Positions 35,292 to 44,944 of a stretch of DNA of 56,830 bases are shown here, one piece after another. A program made the translations under genes and the position numbers. The stretch is from positions 1 to 56,830 of IMG/VR virus record IMGVR_UViG_3300025327_000035; one strand, 5' to 3'. Positions within the stretch are counted from its first letter, which is position 1; the number at the start of each line of letters is the position of its first letter. The stretch is from a virus. Taxonomy: Duplodnaviria > Caudoviricetes. The notes under the pieces were generated by a model that had not been told where the DNA came from, did not search any database, and saw only the letters and a program-made list of their open reading frames with translations.

Positions 35292-35477
35292 ATGGCCTCG
35301 CAAATTTCGTCGTCGAACGATGATTCATCGTCGTCGACGCAGTTCGACAAGCAATTTTGGTCAGAGTATCGGGAAAGCCTGATAGCTGAGGTGCGCGCGT
35401 TGCAAAGGCGGATCAAGGCGATCGAGCGCAGCATGCAGAATCCTCGGCGTGTTGACACAAAACAGGAAAAGCAGTAA
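35292..35477 (+). CDS. Small helical protein overlapping the late promoter
   Basis: FWSEYRESLIAEVRALQRRIKAIER. Confidence 0.45.
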   Translation: MASQISSSNDDSSSSTQFDKQFWSEYRESLIAEVRALQRRIKAIERSMQNPRRVDTKQEKQ

Positions 35478-35496
35478 ACTGAGCGCAATCGAATAG
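35452..35496 (+). promoter_or_regulatory. Late promoter 1 with AATCGAATAG at the start site
   Basis: TTGACA-N17-TAAACT-N6-AATCGAATAG. Confidence 0.7.
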
Positions 35497-35550
35497 CCGC
35501 GCCGGTCCGATGTTGAGGCCGGTCAGGCTTCATGACACGGAGCACCGCGT

Positions 35551-35583
35551 AACGCGCAGCCCGGATTGGGTGGCGCGTTTTTG
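35551..35583 (+). terminator. Leader terminator before the lysis cassette
   Basis: AACGCGC-AGCCC...GGGT-GGCGCGTT-TTT. Confidence 0.55.
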
Positions 35584-35607
35584 CGTCTCCATCACGAGGA
35601 GGACATC

Positions 35608-35910
35608 ATGCTTACCGCAGAGCAACTCGCTGCAATCGCCGGCGCGATTCTCTCTCTGGTGCTGAGTTACGTTCCGGGTCTCAGCGATTGGTACGGCGGC
35701 CTCGACGCGACGAAGAAACGTCTCGCGATGGCCGCCTTGCTTTTCGTGTCGGCGGCCGGTGTCCTGGGCCTGTCGTGCGCAGACGTGCTCGATCTCGTCG
35801 AGTGTACGACCTTCGGCGCGGTCGAGTTGGTGAAGATCTTTATCGCGGCGCTGATGGCCAACCAGGCAATTTACCTGATCAGTCCGAAGCGCGCGGGCGG
35901 CGCTTCTTGA
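35608..35910 (+). CDS. Holin-like membrane protein (3 TM)
   Basis: GAGGAGG RBS; 100 aa; three hydrophobic helices and a basic C-terminus; upstream of an M23 peptidase. Confidence 0.7.
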   Translation: MLTAEQLAAIAGAILSLVLSYVPGLSDWYGGLDATKKRLAMAALLFVSAAGVLGLSCADVLDLVECTTFGAVELVKIFIAALMANQAIYLISPKRAGGAS

Positions 35911-35991
35911 GGCCGGGCGGGGTATTGCGGCAGGGGCGCCCGGCCGGCGCGGCTTTCGCCGCGTTCCTCCTACCCCTGCCGCTTCGCAATC

Positions 35992-36774
35992 ATGCCGAGA
36001 CCAGGAGTTACGCAACTATTGCACGAGCTGAATGACGAGGCGCGTATTCTGGTCGCCAACTCGCCGGACATCATGATCCGGCTCAACCTGGACGGCACGA
36101 TCGGCTGGGTCAACCCGGCATGGACGCATCAAATCGGTCACCCGTCTGCGGAGGTGAAAGACAAGCCGTTCACGGAATTCGTGCATCGCGACGACGTTGG
36201 CCTGCTGTCGAGCGCATTCGCGCATCTGCGCACGGAAGACCTGACGCGCCGCACACGGTTCAGAATGCTCACGAAAGCCGGCGGCGAGCTGTGGGTTGGG
36301 GCACGAGGCTCGTTCTTCAACGGCCTGGGACGGGCCTACCTGATCATCCGGGATGTAAGCCTGTCGATGGCTTACGAGCGTGAGTTGGAGCGTGAGCGTG
36401 GACGGTTCGAGACGTTGCTGCGATATTCGATGATTGGCGTCTCGACGCTCGACGCGACGGGAATCATCACCTACCAGTCGCCGACCTCGTTCGACATTCT
36501 GGGGTACGAGCCGGAAGAGCTGATCGGAAAAAACGCCTTCGAATTCACGCATCCGGAAGAGCGCATGGTGCAAGGGAAGATTTTCGCGAGCTTACTGGCG
36601 GACCCGGGTGGCCGGCGGCGCTCGATAGCACAGTGGCGGCATCGGTCGGGCGTGTACATTCCTCTCGTTGTGCATGCGTGGAATCTGTTGAACGAAGAGG
36701 CCGTACAGGCAATCGTGATCAACTTCTGGCGCAGCGACCGTCCGATCGGGTTCGGGGGCGGAGGCAATGAGTGA
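35992..36774 (+). CDS. Tandem PAS-domain protein with no output domain
   Basis: NSPDIMIRLNLDGTIGWVNPAW...FVHRDD and LDATGIITYQSPTSFDILGYEPEELIGKNAFEFTHPEE. Confidence 0.9.
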   Translation: MPRPGVTQLLHELNDEARILVANSPDIMIRLNLDGTIGWVNPAWTHQIGHPSAEVKDKPFTEFVHRDDVGLLSSAFAHLRTEDLTRRTRFRMLTKAGGELWVGARGSFFNGLGRAYLIIRDVSLSMAYERELERERGRFETLLRYSMIGVSTLDATGIITYQSPTSFDILGYEPEELIGKNAFEFTHPEERMVQGKIFASLLADPGGRRRSIAQWRHRSGVYIPLVVHAWNLLNEEAVQAIVINFWRSDRPIGFGGGGNE

Positions 36775-37225
36775 TGCCACGCCACCGCCGTTTGATCTGT
36801 CCGCTATCCGATATATTGCCGACGAGGTCGTTCGGGTTCGCAGCGAACTCAACGGACTACGAGATACGATCGGTGCGAGGCTGCTGCAGCAAGACGAGGC
36901 GGTAAGGCACGTCCTCTCTATCTCCGGCGATATGGAGCGCGTGCATCGCCTGATGGAAACGCACGCGAAGCTCTGGAACGAGCTAAGCGACGAGGTGCGT
37001 ACCTGGACGGCGCTGCGCGGAAGGGACATCGAAGTGCTGAGGCGAGACTTGGAGAAAACGGAGAGCGACGCGAAAGAGCATCGCGCCATGCACGAAAGAG
37101 GCGCAGGCGAAATGGTTGCGGTGACGACAGCGCGCATCGACAGCCGCACGCGCGTCTTGCTGGCGCTCATCGCGCTGGGCCAATTCGTGCTGGGCGTGCT
37201 GATCGGTCGAGGCACGGCGCCATGA
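36767..37225 (+). CDS. Coiled-coil protein with a C-terminal TM helix (second holin / antiholin candidate)
   Basis: Coiled coil + VLLALIALGQFVLGVLIG; overlaps both neighbours. Confidence 0.65.
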   Translation: MSDATPPPFDLSAIRYIADEVVRVRSELNGLRDTIGARLLQQDEAVRHVLSISGDMERVHRLMETHAKLWNELSDEVRTWTALRGRDIEVLRRDLEKTESDAKEHRAMHERGAGEMVAVTTARIDSRTRVLLALIALGQFVLGVLIGRGTAP

Positions 37226-37881
37226 CGTACCGGAATCTGGCGATCTCCATAGAGCGCAACGTCGTCGGCGGTTATCGCGCGACGGATAACCGCAGTCAGG
37301 TAATGGGCTTCGGCTCATCGGAGGCCGAGGCGCTTCTCGAATACTATGCCGCAGCCGTGCAGGCCAACGTATTCGACGCCGACGATCTCACTCCCCTGCT
37401 CCAACGCGTTAAGCTCCTGTGGCCCACGGACTTCAAGGTCTACACGCAGAGATTCGGCGAACGACCGGAGTTCTACGCCAAATTCAGGCTTCCCGGTCAC
37501 GAGGGCGTGGACATCCGTGCTCCGTTCGGGGCGCCAGTGCGGGCCTGCGCGCGGGGTGTGGTGACGATGGCCGGCTGGCATCCTAAGCGCGGCCGCGATC
37601 ATCCATATGGTTTCCAGGTGCGCATTCGCCACGTTTTCGCCGACGGTGAGTACGAGACGATCTATGCGCATCTACGGGAAGACTCGGCCGTCGTCAAGGT
37701 CGGCGACGAGGTGCACGCCGGCATTCAGATCGCCAGCGCAGACAGCACCGGCAATTCGAGCGCGGCGCATCTCCATCTGTCGCTCAAGAAGATCGGCGCG
37801 AAGAACGGGGGCTACGGCGAGCTGATCGACCCGGCACCGTTTTTCGTGGATGGGCCTTTCACGGGCCAGGAGACGGGGTGA
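37222..37881 (+). CDS. M23 metallopeptidase (endolysin candidate)
   Basis: HEGVD (HxxxD), YAHL, STGNSSAAHLHL (HxH), IDP. Confidence 0.9.
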   Translation: MTYRNLAISIERNVVGGYRATDNRSQVMGFGSSEAEALLEYYAAAVQANVFDADDLTPLLQRVKLLWPTDFKVYTQRFGERPEFYAKFRLPGHEGVDIRAPFGAPVRACARGVVTMAGWHPKRGRDHPYGFQVRIRHVFADGEYETIYAHLREDSAVVKVGDEVHAGIQIASADSTGNSSAAHLHLSLKKIGAKNGGYGELIDPAPFFVDGPFTGQETG

Positions 37882-38090
37882 GCCGGGATGTGCGAAACGG
37901 TGAGTTGGACGCGCAGATCCTCGAAGCGATGTACACCGGGGATGCGCGGCGCATCATTACCCTGCTCGGCGAGAAATATGGTCTGCGAATGAGCGAGGAC
38001 GAGATCCGGGCGGGGATAGAGCACTTGCTGATGATCGTAAATCTGCCGCTACGAAAGCGCGCGGACGAGCAGAACGGGGATACTCCATGA
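37878..38090 (+). CDS. Small hypothetical protein
   Basis: GTGA overlap; AGGAG RBS. Confidence 0.55.
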   Translation: MSRDVRNGELDAQILEAMYTGDARRIITLLGEKYGLRMSEDEIRAGIEHLLMIVNLPLRKRADEQNGDTP

Positions 38091-38410
38091 CAGACCTCAT
38101 TGCACAGGCAATGAACCTGAGAGAGAGATTGGCGGCGCACGTTTCCCGGCATGCAGACGGCGAGGACGATGCGCTCGAATGCGTCAGGCTGGCGGATCAA
38201 CTACTGCATGCCATCCGGGACATCCGCGTGAACGCAAGCGCGGACGCTGCGCTCCAGGAAGCCAACGAGATCGCCGTAATCATTGGTCAGTATCCGCGCA
38301 TGATGAACTCGGACGAGTACCACGGCAAGCTTGCCGAGCATGGGCGCCGGCTGCGCGCGTTGCTGAATGCTGCCGGCTATCCGGCGCCGGGCAGCGTGCC
38401 GCCGGAATAA
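38087..38410 (+). CDS. Hypothetical protein
   Basis: ATGA overlap. Confidence 0.55.
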   Translation: MTDLIAQAMNLRERLAAHVSRHADGEDDALECVRLADQLLHAIRDIRVNASADAALQEANEIAVIIGQYPRMMNSDEYHGKLAEHGRRLRALLNAAGYPAPGSVPPE

Positions 38411-38416
38411 GGAGGC

Positions 38417-38650
38417 ATGAAGATGTTTCATTGGAATCACGGTTGGTTCTTTAGGCGATTGCCGAATGGATCGGTTCACATTCAAAAAAGGAAGACGGCT
38501 CACGACAATGCCGAGGTGGAGGTAGAGGCGACAATTCCCGCTGCGGAATGGGCGAGCGTTGTCGCGGCAGTGTCGCAATGGGGTGAATCGGGTCCAACCT
38601 GGCAGATTGCGTTGGCGTTCCACGGCGAGATACACCACGATCCGGTCTGA
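38417..38650 (+). CDS. Small phage hypothetical protein
   Basis: AAGGAGG RBS; FHWNHGWFFRRLPNGSV. Confidence 0.65.
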   Translation: MKMFHWNHGWFFRRLPNGSVHIQKRKTAHDNAEVEVEATIPAAEWASVVAAVSQWGESGPTWQIALAFHGEIHHDPV

Positions 38651-38660
38651 GGGGATGCGG

Positions 38661-38852
38661 ATGCTCAACGATTTCGAGATAGCCGGGCTATACGGGCCTC
38701 GGCGCGGCGGGAACGTGAGGCGTGGCGAGATGGCTGGCCGACTTGCTCGCGCGCTTCGTGACTTGGCTGCTTGGCCGTATGCGGCCGACGCCTTGATGTG
38801 GCTGGCGTACCTGACAGTCGCAGCGGTGATTGTGGCGGCGGTTTTCTCATGA
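38661..38852 (+). CDS. Small membrane protein
   Basis: C-terminal hydrophobic helix; followed by a 34-aa TM ORF at 38849-38953. Confidence 0.4.
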   Translation: MLNDFEIAGLYGPRRGGNVRRGEMAGRLARALRDLAAWPYAADALMWLAYLTVAAVIVAAVFS

Positions 38853-38943
38853 TACGACAGGGACTCATTGACGGCGTGCTCATGCTCGCGCTTGCCCTCG
38901 TGGTGGTGGCGCTGTTTGCCGTGAACCTCGCCGCGCAGGGGCT

Positions 38944-39435
38944 TTGCCGATGACCAGGGATAGCCGGCGTAAAAAGCAAGCACGCGCCAGACGCATGCCA
39001 AAGCCTGAGAGCGAGCGCAACAAGTTCAAGCCCGAGCGGGCCGCGGCAATCCTCGTCGAGGCGGCATTCATGAGCGATGAGAAAGCCGCGCGTAAGTGGC
39101 GCGTCAGCGTTCGCTCTATTACTAACTGGCGTAATCGCCTCGACGACGACGCAGAGTTTGCAGCCATTTTCCACCATAAAAAAGACATCTTCGAGGCGAA
39201 CTGGGCGCTTGAGCTATTGCCGGCAATTTATTCGGCGATCGACTATCTTAAGCGTGCCGCACAGGCAAAGCGATATAGCCATCAGATGATTCACTCCATC
39301 GCCGGCGCGCTCAAGATTTTAAGCGAGGTGATGGTCACGAAAGAGTATCTGGATGCTCGGTCTGCTAGACAGCGTGGAGAAGAGGACCAAGCGCTTGGAG
39401 CGCTGGAAACCCACCGCCACGCATCGAACGAATAA
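38944..39435 (+). CDS. Terminase small subunit (HTH)
   Basis: DEKAARKWRVSVRSITNWR HTH, directly upstream of TerL. Confidence 0.7.
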   Translation: MPMTRDSRRKKQARARRMPKPESERNKFKPERAAAILVEAAFMSDEKAARKWRVSVRSITNWRNRLDDDAEFAAIFHHKKDIFEANWALELLPAIYSAIDYLKRAAQAKRYSHQMIHSIAGALKILSEVMVTKEYLDARSARQRGEEDQALGALETHRHASNE

Positions 39436-41068
39436 AATCCAATCGGGCATCGGCCTTCTCGACTGGACGCGCCGCTATCGTCCCCTGCTCATCCCGGGCC
39501 GGCCATTCGACATCGAGCGGCATGCCTACCTGGTTGACATCTACAACTATACCGGCCACTCGATGGTCATAGACAAGGCCGGCCAGATGGGCGCCAGCGA
39601 GTACCTGATCGGCTACGCCTTCCACGCCGCCGACCAGCGCGACGCGACCGTGCTGTACGTGTTCCCGACCGACACGCACGTGAGCGACTTCTCCAGCGCA
39701 CGCATCGGCCCGGCCATCGAGGCCAGTGAGTACCTCGACAGCATCGTGATCGAAGGCTCGGGCGACAGGCGCGGCGCCGACCGCGTGACGCTCAAGCGCG
39801 TGCGGAATCGGTTCATCTATTTACGCGGCGGGAAGGTCGATCTGGACGGCCGGGCGGCGCAGCTCAAGGCCGTCGACGCCGATGTGCTCATTCTCGACGA
39901 GGTGGACGAGATGGATCCGCGTGCGCCGGCCATCGCGGTCAAGCGCTTGGGCCATAGCCTGATCGCCGAGGAGCGCAAAGTCAGCACGCCGACCTACGCC
40001 GGCATGGGCATCCACGCCGAGTGGCTGGAGAGCGACCAGCGCGAATGGCATGTGGCATGCGGGCGATGCGGGGAGTGGCAGCCGTTGACCGTCGACCAGG
40101 TCGTCACGGGATGGGATGCGCTGGGCCGGCCAGTCGCCTGGCACGGGCAAGACGAAGTCCGGGCCTGGGCCGCCTGCCGGAAGTGCGGGCGCGAGATCGA
40201 CCGGCTCGGGCCTGGGCGCTGGATTGCCACGTATCCCGAACGCGTGGTAGCTGGCTTCCATCTCACGAAGCTGTTCAGCCCGACAGTCGAGCTGGTCGCG
40301 ATCGTCCAGGCGCTCAATACCGTCGATGAGACGAAACGCAAGGAAGCATTCAACCAGGACTTGGCGCTGCCGTACACGCCGCGCGGCGGCCAGCTCACGG
40401 ACGAGGTGCTCGACCGGTGCCGGCGGGATTACGCACATGGGCCGGTCAAAGGCGAGCCTCGCGCGGTTGCGGGAATCGATGTGGGGCGCGTGCTGCATGT
40501 GGTCATTCGCGGACCGGCCCACCCTGAGACGGGCGAGCGCCCGCAGCGCTTCGCCGGCGAGGTGGACTGGGATGAGGCGGGCCGGCTGATGCAGGTCTTC
40601 GATGTGCGCAAGGCAGTGATGGATGCTCTGCCGGAGACGGCGAAGGCGCGTGAATTCCAGCAGGATTTTCGGGGACGGGTGTGGCTGACCTACTATGGCC
40701 AGCAGCGCGTTGGCTCGAAGAAAGCTGGAGCCATCCAGTGGAATCACGATGAAGGCGTGGTTGACCTGGATCGGACGCGCACGCTCGATGCGTTGTTTGC
40801 CGCGCTGTCTGACGAAAAGCTCACGCTGCCGGCCAACGCGCGGGCTATCCCGGACTACTACGCGCACATGAAAGCGCCGATCCGGGTGCTGGAGGATGGC
40901 CCGGGCGGGGAGAAAGTCGCGCGGTATGTCGAGACCACAGACGACCACTTCGCGCACGCGGAGAACTACTGTATGGTTGCAGGCGAGACGACCGAGCCGG
41001 CTTCGGCAACAGCGGTCAGGCGCGACGTTCACGCCGCGCGCCCGCGCAGTAGCTGGCAGAGAGGGTAA
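39353..41068 (+). CDS. terL: Terminase large subunit, lambda gpA-like
   Basis: KAGQMGASE, ILDEVD, VSTPT, CGRC...CRKC, GIDVG, DHFAHA. Confidence 0.93.
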   Translation: MLGLLDSVEKRTKRLERWKPTATHRTNKIQSGIGLLDWTRRYRPLLIPGRPFDIERHAYLVDIYNYTGHSMVIDKAGQMGASEYLIGYAFHAADQRDATVLYVFPTDTHVSDFSSARIGPAIEASEYLDSIVIEGSGDRRGADRVTLKRVRNRFIYLRGGKVDLDGRAAQLKAVDADVLILDEVDEMDPRAPAIAVKRLGHSLIAEERKVSTPTYAGMGIHAEWLESDQREWHVACGRCGEWQPLTVDQVVTGWDALGRPVAWHGQDEVRAWAACRKCGREIDRLGPGRWIATYPERVVAGFHLTKLFSPTVELVAIVQALNTVDETKRKEAFNQDLALPYTPRGGQLTDEVLDRCRRDYAHGPVKGEPRAVAGIDVGRVLHVVIRGPAHPETGERPQRFAGEVDWDEAGRLMQVFDVRKAVMDALPETAKAREFQQDFRGRVWLTYYGQQRVGSKKAGAIQWNHDEGVVDLDRTRTLDALFAALSDEKLTLPANARAIPDYYAHMKAPIRVLEDGPGGEKVARYVETTDDHFAHAENYCMVAGETTEPASATAVRRDVHAARPRSSWQRG

Positions 41069-41070
41069 AC

Positions 41071-43770
41071 ATGCCTAGGCCGAAACGCCCTGACACCATC
41101 TCCCGCTCACACTTCAACCGTACCGTACGCGCCCTACGCCGCGACATGGACGCTCTGCGCGCCGATTCCAAGAAGCGCATCCGCGAGGCCTACGCCTCCG
41201 GTCTCGACGACGGCAACGACGAGCCGCGATTCACTTCCGGCGGCAGAGTCTTTGGGCGCGGCTACCGCTCGATGCGGATGACGGTCCGCGACGAGACCTC
41301 GACCAGCCAGGAAGCGGCCATTGAGCGCAGCTACCGCCAATGGGCGACGAACCCGCTCGCGCGTTCCATCGCCGACATACGCACAGATTACGTCTGGGGC
41401 GACGGGGCAACCGTCACCGCCGATCACGAGGATGTCCAAGCCATCCTGGATAGGCACCTGAAAGACGAGGTCAACGACTGGCAGGGCAAAGGCGAGCAGC
41501 GTGTGCGCGACCTGGGACTGTACGGCGAACTAGTGATAGAGGCATTCGTCCGCTACGACGGCGTCCTGGGTGACGGGCGCGTGCGTCTGGGCGCGATCGA
41601 TGCAGCCGAGATCGACCAGATCGTCACCGACGCGGAGAACCGCGAGGAGATCGTCGCCATCCGGCTCAAGGCCATTGCCGGCGAGAATCAGAACGCCGGG
41701 CGGCTATTGAAGGTCATCGCCGAGGACGAAGCGACCGGGCGGCTCGTCGGCGTCCGGCACGAGGCGCTCGCGGCAGGCCGGCAATACGACGCCGATCAAA
41801 TCATCCGGCGCGCTGGCCGGCGCTGGCGCGTGACCGAGGCGAATCAGACGACCGATCGTTTCGCGTCTGGCTGGGGCAATGTCCGGGTAACTGAATGCTG
41901 CTATGGCCGGGCCTGGCGCGTGAGCGAGGCGACCGGCGGCATCATGTATCAGGACCACGTCGGGCGCGAGGTAAACGGCGAGCCATACGACGGCCAGTGC
42001 TTCATCGTCCAAGTCAACAAGACGAGCATTGGCTTGCGTGGACGACCGGATGGCCTGGCGTTGATCGACTGGCTCGACCGCTATGACCAGATGTTCTTCG
42101 ATATTCTGGAGCACGCGGCGTTGCTCAAGGACATCGTGTGGAATCTGTTGGCTAAAGGCGCAGACGATGCGATGGTAGCGAGAAGGGTTCGAGAATTTCA
42201 GGACGCTGTCTCACGCTCCGGTAAGGTCTTTGGTCACAACGAAGAAGTTGATCTGGCTCCACTTAACCCCGACCTCAAAGGCGCCGACTGGGACGCGTTG
42301 AGCGAGACTGTCCTGAAGCTCATCTCCGGCGGCGCGCGCATCCCGGTCTACATGCTCGGCTCAGGCGGCGACGCGAACCTGGCGACCGCGACCGCCCAGG
42401 GCAGCCCGACCTATAGAGGATTCAAGACCCGGCAAGGCATTGTGCGTCGAATGCTTGAGCGCGCCCTGACCTACGTCGTCGATTGCGCCGTCGAGGCCCG
42501 GCGTCTGCCGGAGTGGATCGAGCTGCTCGACGAGAATGGCGAGCCGAAGATGGACAAGCACGGCAACCCGGTTCGCGTCCGGGTGCGCGAGGCATTCACC
42601 GTCCAAATGCCGGAAATCTCACCGAAGGACACGGCGGCGGCGGCGACTGTGTTCGCGTCCATCGTCACGGCGGTGACGACCGCGTACGGCATGAAGCTCA
42701 TGCCTCTGCAAACAGCGATTGAGCTGATCGCACGCGGGGCAGAGCTGCTTGGCGTCGAAATCGACATCGACAAGGTCGTCGAGGCGCTGAGCGAGATGGC
42801 CGCGCCGGACACGAGCGGCCTGGCTGATGCGCTGGATAGGATAGGCACCAGTGAGCCAGCGGCGGCAGTTCAATTAACCCCCTCTATGGTCCAGGGGGCA
42901 CTGCAAATCGTTCAGCAGGTATCCGCTGGTGAATTGCCGTATGAGGCTGGTCTCAATACCCTAGTTACGCTATTTGGGATCAGCGAAGATGCAGCCAGGA
43001 GTTTGCTTGGCGGCGGCAATGGGCGGAAACCCGGCTCTGATCTATCTGCGTTGCTGGCGGTGATGAATGAGGGCGCACGGCAGGAGCCGAAGGGGAATGG
43101 AGACAAACACGCCATAGAGATGCGTATCACGCATCTTCACGACGAGCGCGCAATGGAGGAGGCATCCATGCTGAAATTCTACGAGATGATGCGCGAATAC
43201 GAGTCGAGGATCAACGGCCTCCTGGCCCAGATGGAGGATTCACGCCGGAGCGATGAGATACGCCGGGTGCTCGAATCGATCCGGCTCGCACAAGCAGAAG
43301 CTATGGCATTATTCCAGTCAGGTCCATCTCGAGCAAGCGAGGCCCAGTCGCCCGTTACGGTTCAAATCCAACCCAACGAAGAAGTTCTTTCGAGAGCGTT
43401 CCAGACTATGCCCGCTCCTGTGGTGAATGTGCCTGCTCCCGTGGTGAACGTCGAAATGCCCGTGGGCGATCTGGTCGAAGCGCTGAAGCGCGTGGCTGAA
43501 TCGGGCCGATCGGGTAATACTCAGATCGCGCAGATGATCGACCTCCTGGGCCGGATCCAGGAAGCAGCGCAGTCGAGCGATGTGCAGCCGATTATCAACA
43601 TCACTGTGCCGGAGCAGCCGCCGCCGGTTGTGTTGAACACGATAAATGTTCCGCCGCAGCCTGCTCCTAATGTCACGGTGGAAATTCCTGAGCAGAAGCC
43701 CGTCACGAAGCGGGTCATCCGCGATAGGCAGGGAAATATCACGGAAATCAAAGAAGAGCCGGAGGGATAA
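41071..43770 (+). CDS. Portal protein with a long C-terminal extension
   Basis: TNPLARSI...DYVWG, LYGEL, RGRPDG, GDANLATA; follows TerL; PAPVVNV repeats and KRVIRDRQGNI tail. Confidence 0.85.
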   Translation: MPRPKRPDTISRSHFNRTVRALRRDMDALRADSKKRIREAYASGLDDGNDEPRFTSGGRVFGRGYRSMRMTVRDETSTSQEAAIERSYRQWATNPLARSIADIRTDYVWGDGATVTADHEDVQAILDRHLKDEVNDWQGKGEQRVRDLGLYGELVIEAFVRYDGVLGDGRVRLGAIDAAEIDQIVTDAENREEIVAIRLKAIAGENQNAGRLLKVIAEDEATGRLVGVRHEALAAGRQYDADQIIRRAGRRWRVTEANQTTDRFASGWGNVRVTECCYGRAWRVSEATGGIMYQDHVGREVNGEPYDGQCFIVQVNKTSIGLRGRPDGLALIDWLDRYDQMFFDILEHAALLKDIVWNLLAKGADDAMVARRVREFQDAVSRSGKVFGHNEEVDLAPLNPDLKGADWDALSETVLKLISGGARIPVYMLGSGGDANLATATAQGSPTYRGFKTRQGIVRRMLERALTYVVDCAVEARRLPEWIELLDENGEPKMDKHGNPVRVRVREAFTVQMPEISPKDTAAAATVFASIVTAVTTAYGMKLMPLQTAIELIARGAELLGVEIDIDKVVEALSEMAAPDTSGLADALDRIGTSEPAAAVQLTPSMVQGALQIVQQVSAGELPYEAGLNTLVTLFGISEDAARSLLGGGNGRKPGSDLSALLAVMNEGARQEPKGNGDKHAIEMRITHLHDERAMEEASMLKFYEMMREYESRINGLLAQMEDSRRSDEIRRVLESIRLAQAEAMALFQSGPSRASEAQSPVTVQIQPNEEVLSRAFQTMPAPVVNVPAPVVNVEMPVGDLVEALKRVAESGRSGNTQIAQMIDLLGRIQEAAQSSDVQPIINITVPEQPPPVVLNTINVPPQPAPNVTVEIPEQKPVTKRVIRDRQGNITEIKEEPEG

Positions 43771-43773
43771 AAC

Positions 43774-44370
43774 ATGGCTACCTTCACATGGAATGCATTC
43801 ATTGGGGCCGTCCCAGCCTGGACAGACATCGCCGCGAACACAATTGTGTTCTCATCGTCGCCAACTGATTTGGCAACGAATATCACCGTCGCGGCGTTCA
43901 ACGATGGCACCCACGTCGGCAACGGAGATCCAGGCACTGACCAATGTGGGGCCAACCATCAGAACAACAACAAGTATCTCACTGATACTACGATCTCCAT
44001 CAATGGAGGTGGCAGCGAGACGCTCAATGACACTAACCTGACTGCCAACGAATGTACGCTTCAGGTGAACTTCTCGCATGGATCGGCGGTGGCGCTATCG
44101 AGTGTTCTGTTCTACTGCTTCGACGGCGCGACGACTACTGTCCGTGCACCGGGGCTGGACGTGTACGACTTCGAGCGGGGTGTGGGTGGCTCGGCCTGGG
44201 TGAAGATCAACGATGACAGCGGGGCAGTGGGTGGTTCCGGCAGCGGCGACAGCTTCGCGAACCGCACAGCGGCCACATCGCACGATTATTACATCGCGCT
44301 GAGCGCATCACCGGAGTCGGTTGGAGCGAAGGCGAGCTTCGATTTCGGGATGTCGCTCGTTTACAGTTAG
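43774..44370 (+). CDS. Putative virion structural protein
   Basis: GGAGG RBS; beta-rich, T/N/S/G-rich. Confidence 0.6.
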   Translation: MATFTWNAFIGAVPAWTDIAANTIVFSSSPTDLATNITVAAFNDGTHVGNGDPGTDQCGANHQNNNKYLTDTTISINGGGSETLNDTNLTANECTLQVNFSHGSAVALSSVLFYCFDGATTTVRAPGLDVYDFERGVGGSAWVKINDDSGAVGGSGSGDSFANRTAATSHDYYIALSASPESVGAKASFDFGMSLVYS

Positions 44371-44406
44371 ATAACGTTTTCATGGTATGTAGTAAGGGAG
44401 ATCAAG

Positions 44407-44640
44407 ATGGCGAACAGTTCGATTGACTTCCATACCTATGGTCGCAACGAGCGCGGATTCGGCGAGTCTCTGCGATGCGTCTGTGATCCATGCCTGAACC
44501 TGGCTCCGTATCACTTGAGGCTAACCGAGTGCAGGGTGGAAGGCGAGGTCATCTTGTTCGACGGAGATGTATGCAAAAAGCATGCGCGCATCAAGGTCAC
44601 GGAGTTGGCTCCTGCTTATGTGGATAGCATACCTGTCTAA
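44407..44640 (+). CDS. Small Cys/His protein, copy A
   Basis: IDFHTYG...C..C...APYHL.LTE...DVC..H; paralogue of 44711. Confidence 0.6.
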   Translation: MANSSIDFHTYGRNERGFGESLRCVCDPCLNLAPYHLRLTECRVEGEVILFDGDVCKKHARIKVTELAPAYVDSIPV

Positions 44641-44701
44641 CGGCGAGACCGTGCACGAATCGGCTCCGAAGCAGAACGAGCTGTCGCTGACGTACTCATA
44701 A
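44618..44701 (+). pseudogene. Truncated duplicate (27 aa) of the gene at 44922
   Basis: MWIAYLSNGETVHESAPKQNELS vs MWIASLSNGETVSETAPRQNELS. Confidence 0.7.
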
Positions 44702-44710
44702 GGAGGGAAT

Positions 44711-44944
44711 GTGGGCAACAAAGGGATTGATTTTCTAACCTATGGATTCAAGGATCGTGGGCCGGGGGAGCATCCTTGTGCGTTCTGCAAATATCATGCA
44801 CCTTACCATCTAACGCTGACTGAACGCACAACAGAGGGGATGGTCACGCTGATCGACGAGGATGTATGCCCTGATCACGTACGTGAGAAGATTGCGGAAT
44901 TGGCACCGGCCTACGTGGGCTATGTGGATAGCGTCGCTCAGTAA
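44711..44944 (+). CDS. Small Cys/His protein, copy B
   Basis: AAGGAGG RBS; offset exactly 304 bp from copy A. Confidence 0.65.
   Translation: MGNKGIDFLTYGFKDRGPGEHPCAFCKYHAPYHLTLTERTTEGMVTLIDEDVCPDHVREKIAELAPAYVGYVDSVAQ

Noticed and set aside
39821-41032. 403-aa minus-strand ORF
   Set aside because: Antisense shadow of TerL.
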